Shown one piece after another: positions 25,005 to 32,000 of a stretch of DNA of 32,000 nt. The stretch spans positions 28,150 through 60,149 of the forward strand of contig DGWI01000042.1 of the NCBI GenBank assembly GCA_002396085.1, in the 5' to 3' direction. Made by a program: the position numbers and the translations under genes. Below the pieces are notes generated by a model. The model ran no database searches. It saw only the letters and a list, made by a program, of their open reading frames with translations, and was not told where the DNA came from. The first letter of the stretch is position 1; every line of letters begins with the position of its first letter. Source of the stretch: Porphyromonadaceae bacterium UBA4262 (GTDB lineage Bacteria; Bacteroidota; Bacteroidia; Bacteroidales; Muribaculaceae).

Positions 25005-25868
25005 TTATTTGCTGTCCAATAGTTGTTGAAATTGTGCGGGCTTGAGCCCCCAACGTGGAGTGATGACCATGCTTGGCGGTGCCTGAGCCACCCATCGCTC
25101 AACCACAATGTCGCTGCGCAACAAGGTTGCCAAGCGAGCGCACAACTCGGCATACTGCTGTGCCGTCCAGTCTCGCACCATGACCTCGCCGCGTTCAACC
25201 TGGCGAGCCAAAACCGTGCCACGCAACACCTGCAGTTGGTGGAACTTGACCAACGACACCGGCAGTTGCGAAATCTGTGTGACCGTTGAGCACATGTCAT
25301 CGTCGCTCTCGCCCGGTAGTCCTAATATCAAATGCACACCAACCGCAATGTTCCTTGCCGCGATGCGCTCAATGGCCATGAGCGAACTTGTCCAGTCGTG
25401 ACAACGATTGACCAACTGCAAGGTGCGGTCGTGTGCTGTCTCAACACCCAACTCGACAATCACCATGTGCGACTCGTTGACTTGTTGCAGATAGTCGAGC
25501 AACTCATCGGTGACACAATCGGGTCGCGTGGCAAGAACCAGACCAACCACCCCATCGACCGACAATGCCTCGTCGTACAGACTGCGCAAGTGCTCAAACG
25601 ATGCATGAGTGGCAGTATAAGCCTGAAAATAAACCAAATACCGCATATCCGGATATTTGTTGGCAAAAAAGCATTTGCCCGCCTCAATCTGCTGAGTGAC
25701 CGACATCGCACGGTCGCAGTAAGGCGGATTGAAAGCGCGATTGTCACAATAGGTGCAACCACCCCACCCCAACGTACCGTCGCGGTTGGGGCATGACAGT
25801 CCAGCATCGACGGCAATCTTCTGCACCTTGCCGTCAAGGCGTTGTGCTAGAAATCCAGCATAATCCAT
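25005..25868 (-). CDS. TIGR01212 family radical SAM protein (YhcC-like)
   Basis: Contains KVQKIAVDAGLSCPNRDGTLGWGGCTYCDN. The ATG at 25866-25868 overlaps the aroC TGA (25868-25870) as TGATG; an alternative GTG lies at 25871. Confidence 0.85.
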   Translation of the reverse strand: MDYAGFLAQRLDGKVQKIAVDAGLSCPNRDGTLGWGGCTYCDNRAFNPPYCDRAMSVTQQIEAGKCFFANKYPDMRYLVYFQAYTATHASFEHLRSLYDEALSVDGVVGLVLATRPDCVTDELLDYLQQVNESHMVIVELGVETAHDRTLQLVNRCHDWTSSLMAIERIAARNIAVGVHLILGLPGESDDDMCSTVTQISQLPVSLVKFHQLQVLRGTVLARQVERGEVMVRDWTAQQYAELCARLATLLRSDIVVERWVAQAPPSMVITPRWGLKPAQFQQLLDSK

Positions 25869-26941
25869 CACAAATGGTTGGTTTTGGCCAGAAGATAATG
25901 GTCAAGCACCACCATAGCGGCCATCGCTTGAACCACCGGCACTGCCCGAGGCACAACACACACATCGTGCCGCCCATGGGGATGAATGGTGACGGGATTG
26001 CCTTGCATGTCAATCGTGTCGATGTCGCGCATCAGTGTTGCAACGGGCTTGAACCCAATCTCCATGAAGATATTATTGCCATTGCTGATGCCCCCCTGAA
26101 TGCCGCCCGAATAGTTGTGCTCATAGACCAGTCCTCCATCCACAGCGTGCATTGTGTCAAGCGTTTCACTGCCCCGCATCGATGCCAGCATGCGACCTGC
26201 ACCCATGTCAAACGACTTGGCAGCCGGAATGCTCATCATCGCACCGGCAAGCGCAGCATTGAGTTTGTTGAACACAGGTTCGCCCAATCCAGCCGGCACG
26301 CCCATCACGGCACAACACACCATGCCACCAAGCGTGTTGCCCTGGGCACGCGCCTCATCGACGGCCCTCGCCATGCGCTGGGCAGTTGTCGCATCGGGAC
26401 AACGCACCGCATTGCTCCATGTCTGATTCCAATCAAGGGGTGACCCTGGTTGCAACTTGACATCACCAATCTGCGTGGTGTAGGCAAGCACCTGTATGCC
26501 CAAATGCTCCAATACCTGCATGGCCAACGCCCCTGCCACGACGCGACTCACCGTCTCGCGTGCCGAGGCGCGCCCACCACCACGATGGTCACGAAGACCA
26601 TACTTTGCCTGCCAGGAATAGTCGGCATGCGAGGGTCTGTAAACATCACGCAAGTGGCCATAGTCCTCGCTGCGCACATCCATGTTTCGGACAACAAAGC
26701 CTATGGGCGTGCCCAATGTTCTGCCTTCAAAGATGCCGGACAAAATCTCGACCTGATCGGCCTCGGCACGTTGTGTCACTAGTTGGGATTGCCCCGGCCG
26801 CCTGCGGTCGACCACTCGCTGCATCTCGTTCAAGTCAACTTCGATGCCCGCCGGCATGCCATCGATGATGCCCCCCATTGCCGGTCCGTGCGACTCGCCG
26901 AATGAGGTCAAGCGGAATATGCTACCAATAGTATTAGCCAT
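25868..26941 (-). CDS. aroC: Chorismate synthase
   Basis: 357 aa. It contains FRLTSFGESHGPAMGGIIDGMPAG, RRRPGQS, RPSHADY and GGGRASARET. Confidence 0.95.
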   Translation of the reverse strand: MANTIGSIFRLTSFGESHGPAMGGIIDGMPAGIEVDLNEMQRVVDRRRPGQSQLVTQRAEADQVEILSGIFEGRTLGTPIGFVVRNMDVRSEDYGHLRDVYRPSHADYSWQAKYGLRDHRGGGRASARETVSRVVAGALAMQVLEHLGIQVLAYTTQIGDVKLQPGSPLDWNQTWSNAVRCPDATTAQRMARAVDEARAQGNTLGGMVCCAVMGVPAGLGEPVFNKLNAALAGAMMSIPAAKSFDMGAGRMLASMRGSETLDTMHAVDGGLVYEHNYSGGIQGGISNGNNIFMEIGFKPVATLMRDIDTIDMQGNPVTIHPHGRHDVCVVPRAVPVVQAMAAMVVLDHYLLAKTNHL

Positions 26942-26947
26942 GAGTTG

Positions 26948-27439
26948 TCAAATTTTGTCAACCGTCAAATCTGCCACAGTTGCACCAACAAACTGCACAA
27001 GGACTGCCGGAGCCATCTTGAGTTGCAATCCACGCATACCCGCGCTTACATAGATGTAGTCGAAGTCGTTGCAGGTCAGATGAAAATAGGTGGGAAAAGG
27101 TTTCTTCATGCCAATGGGCGAACATCCGCCACGAATGTATCCCGTGGTGGGCAGCAACTGTTTCATGGCAATCATCTCAACCTTCTTGTTACCCGAGACA
27201 CGCGCCGCCTTCTTGAGGTCGACCTCGTCACAGCCAGGGATGACACACACAAAGTGTCCGGTGCGGTCGCCATGCAGCACCAGCGTCTTGAACACCTGGT
27301 GGATGTCCTCGCCCAACTGCTCGGCAACATGATCGGCTGCAAGATTGTTCTCGTCCACCTCGTATGGCACCAAGTCGTATGTGACATGCGCCTGGTCGAG
27401 CAACCGTGCGGCGTTGGTTTTATTAATTTTCTTTGCCAT
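26948..27439 (-). CDS. ybaK: Cys-tRNA(Pro)/Cys-tRNA(Cys) deacylase YbaK
   Basis: 163 aa. It contains TNAARLLDQAHVTYDL, VFKTLVL and GYIRGGCSPIGMKK. It ends 6 nt upstream of the aroC start. Confidence 0.9.
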   Translation of the reverse strand: MAKKINKTNAARLLDQAHVTYDLVPYEVDENNLAADHVAEQLGEDIHQVFKTLVLHGDRTGHFVCVIPGCDEVDLKKAARVSGNKKVEMIAMKQLLPTTGYIRGGCSPIGMKKPFPTYFHLTCNDFDYIYVSAGMRGLQLKMAPAVLVQFVGATVADLTVDKI

Positions 27440-27458
27440 AAGTTTAAAAATCGTGAAA

Positions 27459-27493
27459 TTTGGGGCAAAATTAGTGGAAGTTATCTACCTTTG
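27459..27493 (+). promoter_or_regulatory. Putative promoter for the DUF5106-like gene
   Basis: TTTG (27459-27462), a 23-nt spacer, then TACCTTTG (27486-27493), 22 nt upstream of the ATG at 27516. The spacer is slightly long. Confidence 0.4.
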
Positions 27494-27515
27494 CAAAAAA
27501 TAAAACTCAAAAACG

Positions 27516-28337
27516 ATGAAAAAATTGATTTTTAGTGCCATCTTGGCCATCGCCGCCAGTCTGAGCGGCAGCGCTCAGTTTTATGGCATCGATGTTGACA
27601 AACTGTCGCTCCTCTTCCAGCAAGCCGCAAAACTGCCACAAGAAAACGCTGTGATTGTCGTGAGCAGCACCATGAACGCCCTGGCGCAGAACCCACAGGG
27701 CTATCGCAAGGCACTGGAGTTTGCCGAGAACCGTCTGGGCAACCCTGCCGACTCGCTGCACAACGAGGAGATGTACATTGCCTGTCTGGAGCACGCAGCC
27801 AATGGCTATGTGCTGGGTAACAACGAAAAAGAACGCCCCAAGTTGCTACTTGACATGGCCAAGAAGAACCGCATCGGCACAATGGCTGCCGACATCGAGT
27901 ATGTGACTACCGACGGCCAGACTCACCACCTGAATGCTCCTTGCGAACAGTACACACTGCTCTACTTCAACGACCCCGACTGCGATGCCTGCCAGAAGGT
28001 CAAGGCCAACCTGGAGAATTCAGCCACAGTCAAGGACTTGGTCAACCAGAATCTGCTTAAGGTTGTCGCCATATATCCCGAGAGCAATCAGAAGTTGTGG
28101 AAGAAGGCTTCATACCCCACCTGGATGATCAACGGTTGGGACAAGAAGCAGGCCATCGAGAACGAAGGTACATATGTCATGCCAGCCACACTGCCCGTGT
28201 TCTATTTGCTCGCTCCTGACAAAACCGTGCTGATGAAGAACGAACCCAGCCTCAAGCGCATCGAAGGCGCATTGACTAAGGTCATGACCAGTGCAGACAA
28301 CAATCCGCAGTCGCTGGCCAAGTTGCTGTTCAACTAA
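27516..28337 (+). CDS. DUF5106-like / thioredoxin-fold (TlpA-like) secreted protein
   Basis: 273 aa with a signal peptide MKKLIFSAILAIAASLSGSAQ. An N-terminal helical domain is followed by a thioredoxin-like region with CxxC (FNDPDCDACQ). Confidence 0.65.
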   Translation: MKKLIFSAILAIAASLSGSAQFYGIDVDKLSLLFQQAAKLPQENAVIVVSSTMNALAQNPQGYRKALEFAENRLGNPADSLHNEEMYIACLEHAANGYVLGNNEKERPKLLLDMAKKNRIGTMAADIEYVTTDGQTHHLNAPCEQYTLLYFNDPDCDACQKVKANLENSATVKDLVNQNLLKVVAIYPESNQKLWKKASYPTWMINGWDKKQAIENEGTYVMPATLPVFYLLAPDKTVLMKNEPSLKRIEGALTKVMTSADNNPQSLAKLLFN

Positions 28338-29692
28338 CAAAGATATTTGAGTAATACATAATCGGTTGAACCGGGGTCAACAACATAGGCCTGTGCCGCC
28401 CGATGCCCCAACACCCACACAATCTCGCCGTCTGCCTCCAAGAGCCAGACGGCCTTTTTTTGTTCAGTTGACAGCCTGAGATCGACAAACAGATCGCTGA
28501 GCAACTTGCTCCCCTTCATGCCATAGGGACGAAAGCGGTCGCCTTGCTGCCAGTGGCGAAGCAACACATGCTTGCATCGCAAAATATCATTGTTGAACGC
28601 TACCTTCAGTCTCCCGTCAACCATCGCACGGTCAAATGGTGGGTTATGTGTGATGACATTCAACTCACCCCCTATTGCTACAGCCTGCGTCCAATCCAGC
28701 ACAAAATCGACCTGCTTGTCACCAGGCTCGCTGACACTAGTATTTCCCTGAACGACAATCACATCGCGCTCAACAATTAGAGCGTGACTCCAAGTCGTAA
28801 ACTTAGACCCTACACTTGCTTGCATAGCCTGGTCGCACTGCACGCGATTGAAACCCATGTGACGAATCAGCGCATAGAGCGCCATCCCAGGTTGTGGTGC
28901 TCGACAGAGGTCATCCTTGCGAAAACACCATATATCACTGCCTTCATCGTAACTACCCACCTCATCTCCAAAACGCCCGACCAGATAATCTAACAATGCC
29001 TTCTCGTCATTCAGATGGTTCATGGTATCGGTAATGCGCAGCCGCGCTTGATCGAACTGTTTGTCAATAGTCGGCAAGACCACATTGCGCAAGCGGTTGC
29101 GATTATAGTCATTCTCAAGATTGGTGCTATCGGTGACATAGTCCTGATTAACTTCCGCCAGATAGTCCAGCACTTGCTGACGTGTCACCTGCAGCATGGG
29201 GCGAGCGACACGCGACTCCCTGCTGTCTTGCGACATGCCCACCAAACCACTGATACCCGTTCCTCGCAAGAGATTGATGAAGAAAGTCTCGACATTGTCA
29301 TCAGCATGATGGGCCACAACCACCCTGCGGCAGTTGAGTTGCCTACTTAAGGCCTGAAACCAGTCATATCGCAGATTGCGGCACGCCATCTCGGTTGACG
29401 CACTCTTGTGCTCGCGCTTGTAGGCCATCACGTCGAAGTCCTTAACATGCAGTTCTACACCAAGACTCTGACACAAATTGCGCACAAACTGCTCATCGCG
29501 CATCGACTCGTCGCCCCGCAGATGGAAGTTGCAGTGTGCCGCAATGCACGTGTAACCCAGTTCAAGCAATGCACGCAACAATGCCACCGAATCGGCACCG
29601 CCGCTCAACGCGACTAAAAGCCTAGCATTGACAGCATCTGACAATCCGACCAGGGCCATTGATTTTGCAATATTTTCTACGACAACATTCAT
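28334..29692 (-). CDS. tilS: tRNA(Ile)-lysidine synthetase
   Basis: 452 aa with the PP-loop LVALSGGADSVALL and HCNFHLRG, and the expected length. Confidence 0.9.
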   Translation of the reverse strand: MNVVVENIAKSMALVGLSDAVNARLLVALSGGADSVALLRALLELGYTCIAAHCNFHLRGDESMRDEQFVRNLCQSLGVELHVKDFDVMAYKREHKSASTEMACRNLRYDWFQALSRQLNCRRVVVAHHADDNVETFFINLLRGTGISGLVGMSQDSRESRVARPMLQVTRQQVLDYLAEVNQDYVTDSTNLENDYNRNRLRNVVLPTIDKQFDQARLRITDTMNHLNDEKALLDYLVGRFGDEVGSYDEGSDIWCFRKDDLCRAPQPGMALYALIRHMGFNRVQCDQAMQASVGSKFTTWSHALIVERDVIVVQGNTSVSEPGDKQVDFVLDWTQAVAIGGELNVITHNPPFDRAMVDGRLKVAFNNDILRCKHVLLRHWQQGDRFRPYGMKGSKLLSDLFVDLRLSTEQKKAVWLLEADGEIVWVLGHRAAQAYVVDPGSTDYVLLKYLC

Positions 29693-29759
29693 TTTTTGTC
29701 ATCTTGAACATGCAAAGGTACTGTATTTTCGTTAAAAAACAGCCCTTAATGCCTAATTA

Positions 29760-29791
29760 TTTGCAGAATAAGTCGAAAAACAGTAATTTTG
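29760..29791 (+). promoter_or_regulatory. Bacteroidota promoter for the porin gene
   Basis: ATTG (29760-29763), a 20-nt spacer, then TAATTTTG (29784-29791), 20 nt upstream of the ATG at 29812. Confidence 0.5.
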
Positions 29792-29811
29792 CCGAAAAGT
29801 TTATAGTTTCT

Positions 29812-30828
29812 ATGAAGAAAATCATTTGTCTCGCCCTTGTGGCTGCTTTTGGACTATGCGCAATGGCACAGTCAAAGGCTGCTCAAGTTTTCGATAAGAT
29901 AGCCGAGCGGTTCACATTCTCGGGCTATGCCCAGCTGGGCTGGGAATACCACGACCAGAGCGACCCTAATAACGAATTCAAGCTCAACAAACTCATTATC
30001 ATGAGCAAATTGCGCATCACCGACAACTGGAGCGCATTCGCAATGTTTGACTTCAAGGGCTTCACGCTGCAAGAGTTGTGGACCAACTACAGCGTTAAGC
30101 CCTGGCTCAACATCAAGTTGGGTCAGTTCAAGACACCATTCAGCATCGAGAACCCTTTGTCACCGTCCATCCTCGAGACTGTGGACCAGCCCTCGCTGGC
30201 TACAAGCTACATGGTGATGGGCAGCGGCCTGATGATGCCCAAGGGAGCCGGACGTGATATCGGTCTGACAGTTTATGGCGATGCAGGCCGCTATGTGAGT
30301 TACGATTTGGCTGTGATGAACGGTGCCGGACGAGGCAAGAGTGATGACAACTCGTGGAAGGACTTTGTGGCACGGCTGACGTTGCATCCACTCAAGTGCC
30401 TGGATGTGAGCGCCTCGACCATCCTGGGCAAGGGTGCGACCGACATACTCAACGAGGTCGATCGTTATCTGGTGTGGAAAGACCGTGAAGTCAAACTGGA
30501 CTACACGCGCAGCCGCTGGGCCGTGGGAGCCTACCTGAAAACCGCTCCAATTGATGTGAGAGCCGAATGGATGTGGGGCAAGGATGGAGAGATGGACAGC
30601 AATGGCGGCTATGTAACCGCACTGGTCAAAAATGTGGGCGTCAAGGGGCTGGACCTGATCGGGTCATTCAACCATCTGGAGATGTTCAGCACTACTGACC
30701 GTTACTATGCCGGAGTCCAGTACTGGGTGTACAAGAAGTGCCGTGTGCAAGCCGGCTACAGCTACACAAAGATCAAACCCCTGGAGGGTGAGAATGGCAT
30801 CCTGACTCAAGTGCAGGTCGCTTTCTAA
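29812..30828 (+). CDS. Porin (phosphate-selective porin O/P-like family)
   Basis: Starts at the ATG at 29812 and has a signal peptide MKKIICLALVAAFGLCAMAQ. FSGYAQLGWEY, LGQFKTPFSIENP and a C-terminal beta-signal ending QVQVAF are present. Confidence 0.7.
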   Translation: MKKIICLALVAAFGLCAMAQSKAAQVFDKIAERFTFSGYAQLGWEYHDQSDPNNEFKLNKLIIMSKLRITDNWSAFAMFDFKGFTLQELWTNYSVKPWLNIKLGQFKTPFSIENPLSPSILETVDQPSLATSYMVMGSGLMMPKGAGRDIGLTVYGDAGRYVSYDLAVMNGAGRGKSDDNSWKDFVARLTLHPLKCLDVSASTILGKGATDILNEVDRYLVWKDREVKLDYTRSRWAVGAYLKTAPIDVRAEWMWGKDGEMDSNGGYVTALVKNVGVKGLDLIGSFNHLEMFSTTDRYYAGVQYWVYKKCRVQAGYSYTKIKPLEGENGILTQVQVAF

Positions 30829-30861
30829 CAGTTTAATGGCTGACTACAGGATGAATTGAAG

Positions 30862-31728
30862 ATGCGAAAACACATTATATATATTGCGATGGCACTATTT
30901 GCGGCAAGCGCAATGCCCCTGGCTGCACAGAACAGCGAGGACGACTATGACGAGAGCATCCGCATGCCCATACGCCGTCTCCACCCTGAACGTGAGCGCG
31001 AAAAGGCTCGCAAGAAACTGCAGCAAGAACTTGATGCTAAGAACAAAAGTCAGCAGACATCAGACGACGCGTGGGAGGACAACAACCAGCCTAAGCCCAA
31101 GAAAGACAATCGTCGTGTCGTGGGCAAGTCGGCACTACCACAGTCGACAGCCGACAAGTCGGTCATCAACGAGTTGCTGAGCAAGGACTACTCACTCGTG
31201 GAGTATCTGCCCGCCGCGCCACAGCCGATGCGCTGGAAAGATGACCCCATCCGTGAGACCGAAAATGAGTTGCTGATGCAGGTAAGCAAAAGTTCGCCCC
31301 AATCTGGCACTATGCGCTACATGCCTCGCGATGTGTCGATGTCACGCACCGAGAATGCATTCTATGCCTACTTTACCACCTCGGGCGGCCAGGTCGAGCC
31401 CCTGCACCTGCGCGTCCAGTACTATGCCGACGACCCGTTGCAGTTCAACGACATCCTGTTTCAGATCGACGGCTTTGACTACCGTTACCGAGCCACATCG
31501 CCTCGTCGCGGCAAGGGTACGGGCCGCATGATCTGGGAAGAGAGCGACCAGGTGGCTGTCGCCGCCAACAAAGACCTGATCTATGCCTTGTCGCATGCCC
31601 ACTGGGTGCGCATGTCACTAGTGGGTGCCGATGGCACCAAACATGTGAAAATGTTAACAGAAAAGCAAATTCGCGACTTCTATTCCATTTTGCAACTCTA
31701 CCGATTGTTGGGAGGCGAAATTGACTGA
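30862..31728 (+). CDS. Secreted protein of unknown function (charged low-complexity N-terminal region plus a globular C-terminal domain)
   Basis: Starts at the ATG at 30862 and has a signal peptide MRKHIIYIAMALFAASAMPLAAQ. I recognise no family. It lies 33 nt downstream of the porin stop. Confidence 0.6.
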   Translation: MRKHIIYIAMALFAASAMPLAAQNSEDDYDESIRMPIRRLHPEREREKARKKLQQELDAKNKSQQTSDDAWEDNNQPKPKKDNRRVVGKSALPQSTADKSVINELLSKDYSLVEYLPAAPQPMRWKDDPIRETENELLMQVSKSSPQSGTMRYMPRDVSMSRTENAFYAYFTTSGGQVEPLHLRVQYYADDPLQFNDILFQIDGFDYRYRATSPRRGKGTGRMIWEESDQVAVAANKDLIYALSHAHWVRMSLVGADGTKHVKMLTEKQIRDFYSILQLYRLLGGEID

Positions 31729-31751
31729 CCTCTGTCTCACAAACCGCACCA

Positions 31752-31788
31752 CAAGCCTTGTCCTGAAGCATTGACAAGGCTTCTTTTT
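31752..31788 (+). terminator. Rho-independent terminator
   Basis: AAGCCTTGTC (31752-31761) pairs with GACAAGGCTT (31772-31781) and is followed by CTTTTTTG. Confidence 0.8.
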
Positions 31789-31850
31789 TGCGTTTTCGGG
31801 TTGTTTACGAACCCAAATAATTTTTTTTTGTAAATTTTTTTGAGTTTTAT

Positions 31851-31881
31851 TTTGTAAATTCAAAACTTCGTTGTAATTTTG
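31851..31881 (+). promoter_or_regulatory. Bacteroidota promoter for the terminal lipoprotein gene
   Basis: TTTG (31851-31854), a 19-nt spacer, then TAATTTTG (31874-31881). T9 and T7 tracts lie just upstream. Confidence 0.55.
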
Positions 31882-31910
31882 TGCCGTAAAAACAATCCTG
31901 TGTTATCAAG

Positions 31911-32000
31911 ATGAATAAAACGACCCTCTACCGTCACTTCGTTCCGGCACTTGCTTCTAGTGCCCTGTTGATTTGCGTAAGCAGTTGTGCATTGTTTGGC
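31911..32000 (+). CDS. Putative lipoprotein, N-terminal 30 codons only (continues past the window)
   Basis: MNKTTLYRHFVPALASSALLICVSSCALFG has a lipobox-like signal ending in SSC. It sits 30 nt after a consensus -7 element. Confidence 0.5.
   Translation, partial: MNKTTLYRHFVPALASSALLICVSSCALFG

Noticed and set aside
28334-28337. Convergent tilS and DUF5106-like genes overlap at their stop codons (CTAA), with no terminator between them.
   Set aside because: Tail-to-tail stop-codon overlaps are common in compact bacterial genomes, and nothing else is unusual here.

Overview
This 32-kb window looks like a Prevotella-type Bacteroidales chromosome. Supporting signs are TTTG-N19-21-TAnnTTTG promoters, no Shine-Dalgarno leaders, and Bacteroidota-typical families (DUF4494, DUF3737, DUF5106, GxxExxY, CarboxypepD_reg). 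I call 28 complete and 2 partial protein genes, nearly all housekeeping. They include L31, a YqeY-like protein, a lipid kinase and the conserved glycogen cluster (debranching enzyme, GT4 synthase, GH57 amylase). Also present are an iron alcohol dehydrogenase, a MalY/PatB lyase, a MATE exporter, OmpA, transketolase, a sugar MFS transporter and a DUF4494-YggS pair. The remainder are a FabK/nitronate-monooxygenase-like flavoenzyme, YigZ, an acyl-ACP thioesterase, a ybaK-aroC-TIGR01212 radical SAM operon, TilS and a porin. I found no rRNA, tRNA, CRISPR array, integrase, transposase or recognisable defence or toxin module. I do not see a convincing novel multi-gene system and will not invent one. 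The unusual content is mostly non-coding or single-gene. (1) Two same-orientation copies of a 53-nt core (50/53 identical) lie exactly 7,190 nt apart and bracket the glycogen cluster; copy 2 abuts an orphan 3' gene fragment, and copy 1 carries a nested hairpin insertion. (2) Phased heptamer arrays (AATTCTN)n and (NTYAGAY)n sit just upstream of unrelated start codons, always in the sense orientation. (3) A 36% GC GxxExxY (PD-(D/E)XK-like) gene is embedded in about 60% GC DNA and bracketed by a 12-nt direct repeat that supplies two start codons. (4) A 185-bp unit is bounded by 21-bp inverted repeats. (5) There are two uncharacterised secreted proteins. The many long antisense ORFs are codon-register shadows, not genes.
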